From NCBI GenBank assembly GCA_052426225.1, contig JBNJNM010000011.1:5084001-5148000 (forward strand): DNA of 64,000 bases, read 5' to 3'. The notes beneath the pieces were generated by a model. The model was given only the letters and a program-made list of their open reading frames with translations. It was not told the origin of the DNA and searched no databases. The DNA comes from Zancudomyces culisetae HAW-14-8. Taxonomy: Eukaryota > Fungi > Kickxellomycota. This document shows positions 20,766-31,901 of this stretch, one piece after another (position 1 is the stretch's first letter; each line of letters starts with the position of its first letter). Position numbers and translations under genes: made by a program.

Positions 20766-21589
20766 TTATACTGTGGCAATGCAGTCTATTTCAACCTTGG
20801 CACCTTTTGGGAGGTTAACAACCTGATATGCCACTCGTGCAGGATATGGTTTGGTGAAATGCTTTGCATATTCCTCGTTCATCGCAGGCCATTCGTTAAT
20901 GTCAGTCAACAACACTGTAGTTTTAACAACTTTGTCCATACTAGATCCCGCCGCCTCTAATATCTCCTTGACATTTTCCAAGACGATTTTCTAGCGCATA
21001 AAAATACAGAATCTCAGTATTACCAATGTTAGGGCCAAAACAAAATGAGTCTCAACGTTGGTATCAATGAAAAAAAAGTGATATAAGGACAGGCAAAAAC
21101 CTACCGTTTGCAATGTAATATCACCATTAACAAATTCATTCGTCTTGGAGTCTACGGGTAATTGCCCTGAAACGTAAACTGTTCTACCCGAAACGACAGC
21201 TCTCGCTAACATACACATGAGATAATGAATTTTCTTTTTAGCAAGTTTTCAACCTACTTTCATTCGTTAAATGAGATAAATGAATAAAACATAGCCAAAA
21301 AGTATTACAGTAGGGTCCTATTGTTGCGGGAGCATCCTTCAAAACTACTTCGGTAATCTTTGAATATTTTTTTTGTTGTGGAATCCCTGTTACAACGGGA
21401 GCGGCCAAATTATGCAAAGCTAAATGGGCTGATTTTACCACCAAGGGTTGGCTGGAATTAAAAAAGTTTTTGGTATACCTGTTTGCAATCCTTGCTATTG
21501 TCACTATTTTTTATTTGTACATATATATAGAATGGTATATGGGTGATTTGGATATAAATGGTATCTGGATAATGTCTTGTACCTCTCAT
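20766..21589 (-). CDS. RidA/YjgF/UK114-family imine deaminase with mitochondrial-type presequence (MMF1-like), 4 exons
   Basis: APATIGPY, VYVSGQLP, VVKTTVLL..MNEEYAKHF..PYPAR..VEIDCIA. A mini first exon ATGAGAG at 21589-21583 splices to 21503. Confidence 0.88.
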
Positions 21590-21809
21590 TTTGTTATGTT
21601 TTAGCGCTTTTTTTTGGTTTTGGTTTTGGTTTTGGATAATGTAAATTAAAACAGTAGTTTGTTTTGGAAAATTGATGTAAATCCAAAATCATCCATTAAT
21701 CCCCCCTCCCAGCTCCTTAAAAATGATGAAAATTAAATAAAAACCTTGTTCACATTAAATCAAGTATTTCAACCTTTGTAGAACACACCGATTTACAACA
21801 AAGATCAAG

Positions 21810-22265
21810 ATGTTTGGTGGGTACGATTCATTTCAAAACCGGCAGATGCAAATGATGCTGGAACAAAAACAAGTATGTAAACAGCTAACTTTTCTTGTGA
21901 TAAACGAATTTACATTTAAAAATTAGAATCTAAAAAAAAACTATCAACAATTCCAACATGTATAGATGAAAGATTTTATGCAAATGTATTCTCATATGGT
22001 GGCACGATGTTTTGAAGACTGTGCAAAAAAGTTTGACGATCGAGAGACTAGTGAAAAAGAGGTATTTTGCATTATACTGCTTCATATTTTTGTACAGATT
22101 AATGATTCAGCTAGGCAAAAGATTCAGTAAAAACTTTTTACAATTCTATAGAAAAACTGTAGCAGAAGGTGTACTTTCAAGTCAATGAAATTCAATGAAA
22201 GAGCTGGTAGAAGATTTGCAGAAGAGAGAATGAAGGCTTTGCAGAACGAGCAAGGCGTTAAATGA
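21810..22265 (+). CDS. TIM9: Mitochondrial intermembrane-space small Tim chaperone Tim9 (3 exons, absent from the ORF track)
   Basis: Spliced product MFGGY...LEQKQ|MKDFMQMYSHMVARCFEDC...SEKE|KNCSRRC...RFAEE, with twin CX3C and the EQKQMKDFM signature. Confidence 0.88.
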
Positions 22266-22808
22266 TAAGGGAGAGCAGCCAACCCTCTTTTTTTTAATAA
22301 ATAAAAGTGTTTGGTTGGGGATTACTAACCCTCATTAGAAGCAAGAATGTATGGGGGGGTTTTATAATTGTTTTCGATACATGTTAGAGATGTAAATAAG
22401 ATATTTGTAAGCAATAAAAAATGCTTTAGATAACAAAGCACAGGTATACTTACTTTTCAAGTTTGACATTCTTGGCTTCTAAATGATAAGCATTAGTCTA
22501 AGAGTAAAAATCCTTAACAACAAGCTTCTGCAGTTCTCAGCAATACTTATTAACATACTGACAGCCGCTGGGGAAGAGAGGGTGGATAAAAGTGCTGCTG
22601 TTTCACATTCCTTGAACCTTAAAGCTAGGTTACTGGGTTGGTGAGCCACAAAAGATTGCAATCAAGGGTATTAATATCTATTTATTTTACGCCTGATAAT
22701 GAAAAAGAAATGGAGTCCTACAAAAGACAAAAAAGTAAAAAAAATGAATTAAATAAAAGAATAATATATAAGCTTCCATTGAGGCTGAGCAGAAAATTAT
22801 GCCAACCA

Positions 22809-24554
22809 CTAAACTTTGGTCTCAGCATTAGCATTTAGGACAGAAGCCGAGTTAGTATTAGAGGATGTATTATTGACATTCTTTGCTGGTGCTTTGGGGT
22901 TATTGACATCAAACGTCTTGGTAAACAGAACTACAAGGAAGCCGATACCACTGGCAATTGTAGAACACAAATACACACTACGAATGCCTTTCATGAAACA
23001 CTTGATAATCAGAACCCGGATATCTTGTGGAACATTTGAATCAAACGCATGAGACGAGTTGTTGATGACTAAAACTGAAAGTTCTGCGTACTGGGGATGT
23101 GCAAGAGCAAAGCTAGTGAGTTGATTCTTAGCGATCTGGTTGAAAATAGTTGAACAGATAGCAAGACCAATGGTACCACCAATAATACGAATAAATGTAA
23201 TGAGTGTAGTTACACCTGTGATAAGATTGCGTGGAACTGAGGCCTGGCCTGCAATAAGCATAAGTTGAATACAAAAACCAAGACCAATACCGGCGATAAC
23301 CATAAAAAGAGCTTGAATAAATCGTGAAGAGCTCTCTGTAAGAGTAATATACAACCCAGTTCCAATTGTAAGAAGTAGCATACCAAGCCAGAATACCGGA
23401 CGATAAATTGCTGTCTTTGAGCTAAAGATACCTGACGATGTGGATCCTACAAAGATGGAAAGCATGAAAGGCAGAAGAAAGAGTCCTTGTGCTGTAGCAG
23501 AGCCGTTGTAAACAACATGGTAGTAAATTGGCATGTAAAAAATGGTAGTAAACATAGTGAATCCCATAAAGAATTGTCCAGTAATAACCACCAAAGGGTT
23601 TTGCATAGTGAATAGCTTGAGGTTAATCATTGGTTCGCGTGATATTTTTAACTCGATTCCTACGAAGACTACAAGTAAAGCTGCCCCGCCGACAAGCAAG
23701 CCAATAGTCACTCCAGAGTCCCAAGCGTATTTTGATCCTCCCCAGTTCAGTGCCAGCAGGATCATCATTAGAGCTGCAACAAATACAAAGGCACCCAGAA
23801 AATCGATTCGTTTTATTTTTTCTATAAGCGCACCACGTGGCCCAGGTAGCTTAATTAAGAATACAACTACTACGAGCGAAATCACGCCCAATGGCAGGTT
23901 AATGTAGAAGCACCATCTCCATGAAACTTTATCAGTAAATAGCCCACCCAAAAGTGGACCTGCTATACTACTAACTCCAAACACACCACCAAGTACTCCC
24001 ACATATCTACCTCGTTCGGGTATAGGCACCAAGTCTGAAATACACAGCATAACCATCACAAAGATACCTGCTCCCCCTACACCTGAGAGACCTCGGAATA
24101 TGATCAACATTATCATACTATTTGACAATCCACATAAAAGCGAGCCCAGTTCAAATACAACGATACTGAATAGAAGCATTACTTTCTTGCCAAATATATC
24201 AGCAAGTGTTCCATAGAGAGGCTGTAATGATGTTGAGGTTAACATATATGAAGTTGCTACCCACGATACACTTGATAATGAATTGAAGTCTTGTGCTATT
24301 GTTGGCATGGCTGTGGATACGATTGTGTTGTCTAGTGCTGCCAAGAATAAAGCTGTGGCCAATCCACCTATAATAAACCACAGCGATCTTGGAGACAGTT
24401 GCTCATGTTGTCCTTGATCGTTTTCAGGTTGCGAAGTTACCTTATTTAGGTGGCCGCTGTCCACAGTACTCAATTCTACAGATTCATCAGCTTCATTTAA
24501 CTCCATTTGTGACATCTGAGTGTGCTCTCCTATCTCTTTTGATGCTTTTTCCAT
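22809..24554 (-). CDS. MFS drug:H+ antiporter, DHA2 (14-TM) family
   Basis: LFLAALDNTIVSTAMPTI, WVATSYML, GPLLGG..WRWCFYINLP motifs; 581-aa single exon. Confidence 0.93.
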   Translation of the reverse strand: MEKASKEIGEHTQMSQMELNEADESVELSTVDSGHLNKVTSQPENDQGQHEQLSPRSLWFIIGGLATALFLAALDNTIVSTAMPTIAQDFNSLSSVSWVATSYMLTSTSLQPLYGTLADIFGKKVMLLFSIVVFELGSLLCGLSNSMIMLIIFRGLSGVGGAGIFVMVMLCISDLVPIPERGRYVGVLGGVFGVSSIAGPLLGGLFTDKVSWRWCFYINLPLGVISLVVVVFLIKLPGPRGALIEKIKRIDFLGAFVFVAALMMILLALNWGGSKYAWDSGVTIGLLVGGAALLVVFVGIELKISREPMINLKLFTMQNPLVVITGQFFMGFTMFTTIFYMPIYYHVVYNGSATAQGLFLLPFMLSIFVGSTSSGIFSSKTAIYRPVFWLGMLLLTIGTGLYITLTESSSRFIQALFMVIAGIGLGFCIQLMLIAGQASVPRNLITGVTTLITFIRIIGGTIGLAICSTIFNQIAKNQLTSFALAHPQYAELSVLVINNSSHAFDSNVPQDIRVLIIKCFMKGIRSVYLCSTIASGIGFLVVLFTKTFDVNNPKAPAKNVNNTSSNTNSASVLNANAETKV

Positions 24555-27020
24555 GTTTATATATTATATTGTGTATAATTTAGGGAATAGATTATATTAT
24601 CAACTCGTCAATTGTTGGTTATTTACAACATTTAACCTTTAAATGTCTTTCTAATGCGAATGTGCTTATTAGAAAATAGAAATTATAGTTCTGAAAACTC
24701 GGCGTGGATCTTTTGTGGAAGCTTAAATACTCTATGATATACACCATGAGATGAACTGATAGTTAGCCGTATAGCTGGCTGCTCTCAAAATTTCTTTCTT
24801 TTTCCACGATTATCTCAAAATAAAATACTTTTTTTCTATTAACGTTATTACTGGAGATATTTTTAAACCCAATCACAAGTTCCATAATTTATCGGATAAA
24901 AATATTAGTCCCACGATTTACACCAAACACCCCCATCTAATAGGTGCGCATTTTACCTTCAGAACCAAAGCGTTTTCTAAAATCCCGTCTATTCTTATAC
25001 AACCTGCAAATGGCAAAAATGACTTTCAAGCTTCCGGATTTGTTTTTGATTGCTTAGTAATGCTTCCTTTAAAAGTCAATTCCGGAAGACCGATTTTTTG
25101 TTAAATTGGCGGAAAGAAAGGTGAGTGAATGACACCAAAGATAAAAAAAAAAGTCAAGATAAGTAACATAGAAGACATATGCAAACACTAGCTGCGGTTA
25201 GCTTATTTGGCTCAAGATACATTTGAAATAGGCATTGTAGTGCTAGTCCAATTTGGTGAATTGACTTTTTCACTGATAGTATAGTTTTGGCTTATTGACA
25301 CATACTTTAAGATCGGGTACATGTATATATATAACCTATTTTTGAGCCATCCAACAACCAGCTATAAAAGGCTCAAATATGATTTGCTAGAATTTTTCCC
25401 GGTTTATTCTTATCCTTTTTTTTTTTCAACGCTTTGCGGTTTATTAGCGGATTAGTTTTTAACACCAAATTAACAAATTTGTTCTACGAAATGACTATTT
25501 GAGCTGACAAATGTTGAGATGTTGGGATGTAGTAATAATGTGCTGTTTATAAATTATGTAATTGAATTGAAAAGGTAAATTTCCCTTTTTAATCCTCTGA
25601 TTAGTAAAACACCAATCGATTATAAAAGAACTATTGGAATTGCGCAACTGTAATGAATCATAGTAGGTGAGCATATTAGTGCTGTGATATCATCAACTAT
25701 ATTATTTGTCTGTGCGAACTTAACCATATAACTAAATGATCAACAGAATATATACCTAACTACCATCTAAAATTAACTAGAGCTAAATAACCATCTTTCT
25801 TCCTTATCTCAGTTCTATTTTTATTTAAATACAAGTCTGCCGTGTTCCCCGTTCTACTTGTTTCATATTCATGAATGTACCAAATTGAACACGACATTAG
25901 TATATAAATCGACATTGGTAGCAATGTTTCAAAATAAACAAAAAACCACAAGTGGGTCTTAAGTTATATAGAGTAATGTGTATAGTAACAAGGGATTTAT
26001 AAAACAGCATATTACAGTACAGTAAAAGCAACATGTAAATTTATTTAAACTATCGTACTGTGTCAACAGAGTATTTGATGAAATGTCCTTTTGCCAGGAA
26101 TAGAGAAAAAAAAGAGAAAAAAAGAGAGGGGAAGAGGAGAGATAATAGATGATAGATGAGAATAGGGCTATATTTGCCTCTTACACCCCTTAATGTGTTA
26201 TACTAATTATGTTTTCACTTTATTAGCTTCACACTTGTCTTTTCAAATTCAATAATTTGAAGCAGTCTGAATGATTAAATAAATAAAATTGATTTTTTTA
26301 AAATGACTTCTATATTTCACAAGATCTAGCCATGACAAAAGTGTAGGTATCTAATTTGATTATTCATATGTTATTAGCTATAAACTGACTAAAAGTATGT
26401 ATATCGATGCTTTTAATATCTTATCATAGTAATGTCAGAAAGTGCTAATGCCGGGATATATTTGCAGTAGCTAATTACTTGTATATTAACTTAGCACTAA
26501 AAGAACTTTTTTTGTAACAGCAGATTATCAGTGTATACATTTTATCAATCTATACTGATCTTGGATATACCATGAGTCGTAATGGAAATACCAGAAAAAA
26601 CATTGAAGCGAGAACGTGAAAATCAATAAATACTGAATTTTTGTGCCAATACAGCAAAAATTTAATGCCAAATCCGTTCAGCTGCATTGTTTCATGTGCA
26701 AAAGCCAGTTCAAATTTGGTTTGAGCAAATCATGAAGTAGTGTAGAGCATGTTCCATTTATTGAGATAAACACATACAACTTTTGTTCTTTCAACAGCAA
26801 CATACCATGAAACAAAAGGGAAAATTCTACTAAAACCACAAACTTGATGTTGATTATTCGATTTTTATTTTTTTGTATTTCAGTTTTTCCAGTTGACATT
26901 AACCTCCTTTGGAATACATAGAAAAGAATAAGAAACTTCCTAGAAAGTAGAATTGGAGCAGACTAGCCTAGGCAAAACTACTTGGGTAGCAAAAAAAAAA
27001 GGAATATAGTGTGAACCAAT

Positions 27021-28600
27021 ATGTTCAAAACAAGCATAACTATCGACTCGGCTCACAGTGGGTTTAAACTGAGCGTTGATATTTACGGACACAATAAACT
27101 CAATGCTAGCGAGATAAAACTCGGTGAGCCGCCAGTTATTGATTTTGTAAAAACTAATATCCTGTTTGTACACGCAAATGGTATGCCAAAAGAGTTATGG
27201 GAACCCGTTATACAAAGGTTATTGAAGCGGGATACAGCCAAAAAAATAAACAGAATTATCACCTTTGATAGTTTTAATCAAGGAAACAGTAGTGTTATCA
27301 ATAGCGAACTGCTAAAAGGCGGGTTTATTGAAAAATGTAGGTAGACTAAGATTGAGTAAAATATACAGGAATACAATTTTCCCCAGATATTATTGAAGGA
27401 AATTCTCTTTTGTAAATTGTTGACCGTTTATAAGATGAAATATTAATATCTTTGGAGCGGTCAAAGCATCTATACCTAAAAAAAGATCTAATCGATACTT
27501 TTTTTTTTTTTTGAAACAAAGATACATGGATAGATAACGCTCGGGACGTTCTTGCCGTAGTTAGACAGCTTGGGTTGAGCGTAACAAGTACAATTGTTGT
27601 CGGACATTCGTTTGGAGCAACAAGTGCGTAAGTCTTACACAAGTTTCTGTATCAATTTTTACCACGTTTTCGTGATTTATTCATATGACATTATCAATCA
27701 GGCATTTATTTTTTTTCCGGGTTTTGAAGATTTGGATGAATAAATGAGTGGGGGGAATAAAAAAGTATGATATGATACAATATTTAGGCTTATCGCAGAG
27801 ACAATGTCTCCTCTGACGTTTAAAAAGATAATATGTGCTGATCCAGTGCTTAAAGAAGTGGAAGAAAGCATTAATAACCCAAAACATATTGTGAACGTTA
27901 CACTAGCGAGAAAAAACGGATGGAATTCGAAAAAGGCGTTTCTTGATTATATAGTCACAAAGATGGCTTATAAAAACTTTTCTAAAGAGGCCTTGGACCT
28001 ATTTGCGGTAAGCAGAAAGGTGTATTTCTGCCTTTATATTGAATCACAATTGCAACTGTATATAATAATAAATGCATGTAAAAATATTATTAGGAATATG
28101 GGATCAAAAATGTTGGTCAAAATGGAGCAGACCATTTCAAATTCAAAACCGTTCCAGAACAGGAAGCAGTAAGTTGCAGTAGTGTATAATAGCACTTTCT
28201 ATTTATTATTTACGTTTTGATGAATCTTAACATAAAAGCTAATACAAAATAGACGGTATATGCAGGCAACGTAATTTCTGTGAGGTATATTTTTAACAAG
28301 AGACACTTAATTCAATGCCCTATAATCATAATATATGGAGAAAAGTCACTTATACTGTAAGTTACTTGATTATTTGTTTTATATTACAACTTAAAGTGCA
28401 TAAATTATAGCTTATAACTAGCATTGCAAAACAATCATATCAAATGTGCTTAAAATTGATACTGTAGGGATGAGGCTCATTCAAAAAAGTTTGTACAGGT
28501 GGTTCCTGACGCAAAAGTAGTGGGACTAAAGAACCTAGGCCACTTGCTAGTTATGGAGGATCCAGAACAAGTCTCAGAAATAATCTTTGGTGCTATATGA
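27021..28600 (+). CDS. Alpha/beta-hydrolase (Abhydrolase_6/LPX1-like), multi-exon
   Basis: ILFVHANG..KELWEPV, nucleophile elbow VGHSFGA (~27596-27620), C-terminal LGHLLVMEDP; GT-AG introns; stop at 28598-28600. Confidence 0.8.
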
Positions 28601-28790
28601 ACAGCATTTTCCTAAACCATGATCAGCTTTTTATTTGTTTTTTAAATTACCACACTTTTTTTTTGGTTAATTCCTGCATTGAGATATAAATTGGATTTTC
28701 TTTGGGTTAAATGAATTTTGTTGTCTATTTAATCTTGTTTCGATTTTAGAAATACAATAGTCAGAATAAAGTACTTCACTGAAACCAAAC

Positions 28791-29216
28791 ATGAAAAAGG
28801 CACAGGTAGTAGTGGTTGAAATAGTATATGAAAATATAAAGAGCTATATAGTCGTAGAAGATCCCAAAAGGACAACAGTGAGGGATCTGAAACACGAATT
28901 TTTACTAGATTATAAACGCTCGGCGCATTTCAAACTACAAAATAATGGAGAGGTAGGTGATGGAGATGAAGGAGATATAAATGTAGACGACATCGAATTA
29001 TACATTAGCAAAGACGAGGAAAATGAGGATAACAAAAAAGCACAGAGCAGTGCTAAAGGTGGTGATGAGTGCGACGACATGGATCAAGATAAATTAGAGC
29101 TGGAGCGAGGGGAGAACGAGATGCAGCTTGAAAAGTTGACTGAGGAGGAAAAAACGATAATTGACTTCGGATTTGAGGACGGACAAGAGCTTTATTGCAA
29201 AATCAAGGCTCTATGA
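28791..29216 (+). CDS. Hypothetical acidic 141-aa protein, possible ubiquitin-like fold
   Basis: Intact ORF with an A-rich Kozak context. TTVRDLK and KTIIDFGFEDGQEL resemble ubiquitin-like segments with an acidic insert. Confidence 0.55.
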   Translation: MKKAQVVVVEIVYENIKSYIVVEDPKRTTVRDLKHEFLLDYKRSAHFKLQNNGEVGDGDEGDINVDDIELYISKDEENEDNKKAQSSAKGGDECDDMDQDKLELERGENEMQLEKLTEEEKTIIDFGFEDGQELYCKIKAL

Positions 29217-29272
29217 TCAATTGAAATGCAAGAATAAATAGAAATAAATGAAAATGAATGAAAAAGAGAATT

Positions 29273-31390
29273 TTAGGTCCGTTTCGGATAAATATACCAC
29301 TGATAACATAGCACAAAAAATACAATGTCATCACGGAAAGTACCTAGTCTGGTTAGCCAAGGCATAGGTGTGACCATTGCAAACAAATCATCAATAAAAG
29401 TCGACAGGAATCGGTAGAAAAAGGCAGTAAGGGGAACTGAGCGTACAGACTTCAAGTGGTAGTTAATCATAATTTGTGGCCACATCTGAATAAATTCCAA
29501 GACGTACACACACGCCAAACTTATGTGAACTAAGTAGGAAAACATACTGGAGTGTCTTTGATAGGACAACGAGTATGCAGAGTAAGCTACTATTAGCGGG
29601 ATGCCGAGTGTGTTGATGTATTTAATCGTTTGGGCGTCGACTTTTTGTCTGATTTGCAGAGTATCTTTTACCTCGTCTTTGACGCCATCTTTGTTTATTT
29701 CACTATCTTCTTTGGGTTTATCGATCTTGGTTATTTTTTCAACGGTAGAATTATCCGATTTCAGAATGTTTTCTTTTTCCTTTGCTTTTTCCGTTTCATT
29801 ACCTTTAGTGGTTGGTTTGGATTCAACCTTTCCTCTGTCCTTGTTAGTGGTGTAGTCCAGTAATAAAATCTTGTATACTTTCCAGATTTCAATAACCATG
29901 CTGACTATCCCTCCAACCAATACCAGATATGAAGTTTTATCACGCTGATCATAAAAATAAAGAACAGATATGATGCTACTGGCCGTTTTAATATACACAC
30001 CGGATCTAGATATCCCATCCTCATCAACATCTCGGGAGGCGTCGTTATTCTTATCTACTGCCTTGTTGGTGTTGTCGGTATTAAACGAACTCGACCAAAA
30101 CGCAACATCTTCTTTATACGCCAGAACTTCGAATAAAATATGAAGAATTGATGCAATCAAGGTAATAAACAAAAGTTTGGGATTGGCTTCATAGAACATC
30201 TTTTTCAAATTATTGATTTCTTCTGGTGGCAAAGAAATTATCAAATTGTTATTTTTTTCTGTGGAAGAGTATTGGTACTGCCTGACAACATTATCTAGCA
30301 TACAGCTGATCCTAAACCATCCTAGCTTGACCGATTGGAAATTCAGAGTTACATTGTATCGCTTACTTTCCGCTATATCATTTTGATCTAAATCCGGAAC
30401 TATCGGCTCAAATGTTTCTGTTCGCGGCGCCAACGGGTTCTCCCAAAACAATGGTAGATAATAATTCTTTTTATTTTTTTGACTATCTTCCAGTGTCACT
30501 TGCCGAGTATACCTGGTGATTTCTGCAGGAAAGTTCCACTGAGGAAAAGCATGGTTTTCCATAACCACTTCTAGCCCAAGATATTTTTTGACATGCAATA
30601 TCCTTTTGTTTTCATAGTCTGCTGGTTTTGCATCTTTTTTGTTTTGTATGCTATCATCAGCATTATTAGACGCACCCTTTAGCAAGTTGTAGCTATCATC
30701 AATAACTCGCTTTCTATATTCCACAAATTTTGTGCGCGTATACAACAACAATGGGTTTTTATTTAACATCAGCTGCTCATTTGTCCGTGTCCCTCTTTCA
30801 TCCATCATATCAGAATTGCTTTTTTCGTCTCTTTGCTTGTCGTTTGCTAGTACCACCATATCCTTTGTTGAGTGTAAAAACGCATGAAGATACTTTTCAC
30901 CACTAGTTGGGTCAATTGGATATTGAAGCTGCTTTTCAAATAATAGTTTGTCAATATTATAGGTGCCATCATTGTTGTAATATTCATATTGAATCTTGAC
31001 TTGATTACTCCCACCCTCTTTGGAAAGAACTTGTCTGTTTTTGTCCATTTTCAGCAGTACTGGTGATCTGTAAAATAATTCGCTACTCGAAAGTACATAC
31101 CCATAAGGTTCAGTTAATTCGAGGCTTGAAAAGATGTCTTGGTGGTCTGAAACATACACGCTCAGCATATACTCGACATTATCCTTTCCATCTATTTTCT
31201 GGGTTTGAGTCTGTGGTTGGTACTGAAATCCCATTTCAACTTTTGGAAACCTTGCATATTTTTTGGCATCAATGTAATCGTACTGTATACTAGGATAGAA
31301 TAGCCGCACTGCCAAATACAAAAAATTGAGTAGAACATACGCTCCGTATCCCACAATCGCCAACGTAGCTATTTTGTTTGCTATTCCCAT
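29273..31390 (-). CDS. CLPTM1-family membrane protein
   Basis: LHILFEVLAYKEDVAFW, IEIWKV, PQIMINYHLKSV, FIDDLFA..PMP..RL..FRDDIVFF...YQWYIYP. Confidence 0.9.
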   Translation of the reverse strand: MGIANKIATLAIVGYGAYVLLNFLYLAVRLFYPSIQYDYIDAKKYARFPKVEMGFQYQPQTQTQKIDGKDNVEYMLSVYVSDHQDIFSSLELTEPYGYVLSSSELFYRSPVLLKMDKNRQVLSKEGGSNQVKIQYEYYNNDGTYNIDKLLFEKQLQYPIDPTSGEKYLHAFLHSTKDMVVLANDKQRDEKSNSDMMDERGTRTNEQLMLNKNPLLLYTRTKFVEYRKRVIDDSYNLLKGASNNADDSIQNKKDAKPADYENKRILHVKKYLGLEVVMENHAFPQWNFPAEITRYTRQVTLEDSQKNKKNYYLPLFWENPLAPRTETFEPIVPDLDQNDIAESKRYNVTLNFQSVKLGWFRISCMLDNVVRQYQYSSTEKNNNLIISLPPEEINNLKKMFYEANPKLLFITLIASILHILFEVLAYKEDVAFWSSSFNTDNTNKAVDKNNDASRDVDEDGISRSGVYIKTASSIISVLYFYDQRDKTSYLVLVGGIVSMVIEIWKVYKILLLDYTTNKDRGKVESKPTTKGNETEKAKEKENILKSDNSTVEKITKIDKPKEDSEINKDGVKDEVKDTLQIRQKVDAQTIKYINTLGIPLIVAYSAYSLSYQRHSSMFSYLVHISLACVYVLEFIQMWPQIMINYHLKSVRSVPLTAFFYRFLSTFIDDLFAMVTPMPWLTRLGTFRDDIVFFVLCYQWYIYPKRT

Positions 31391-31901
31391 TATTCCTTTG
31401 CTTGCTGTACCGAGTCTTTTATTTTATTTTGCTTTTCTCGTGTTTTATCGTTTAAATAGCACAAGGTTGTTTGCAAAGTTGGAAGAACAGTTCGAAATTT
31501 TTCCTTTTTCCGTCCAAAATACGGAATATGTTGAATATGATTTTTTGTATTTTTACACTTTGTTTATGCAAGAATAAGAACAAGAAAATGCAAGTTGACA
31601 AATGCTGAAAAGCAATTTTACAGCTTGTTCTTGGTTGAAAATTATACAGGAAACAATGGTGTTTTGAAAATTGGAGTTTGTAATAGTTTCAGCCTTTCTG
31701 TTTTACTTTTCCTGTCCCAGTATTGGTAAGCTAATAACGTGCCGACTTGATTAGATCAAGAGCGCACTGGCAAGGCGAAACTCGATTCAAAAAGAAAGTT
31801 GTTATTATTATATGCATAAATCGTCTAGATCAAATGTCATCACATATAATAAGCGGGCATGGCTAGTAAAAATATTCTTTTATAATGGTACAAAAATATG
31901 G

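Noticed and set aside
21238-21522. Apparent non-AUG start or stop read-through (ATG TAC AAA TAA..GTG) for the RidA-like gene
   Set aside because: A GT-AG intron joins the upstream mini exon ATGAGAG (21589-21583) in frame, giving a normal AUG start.
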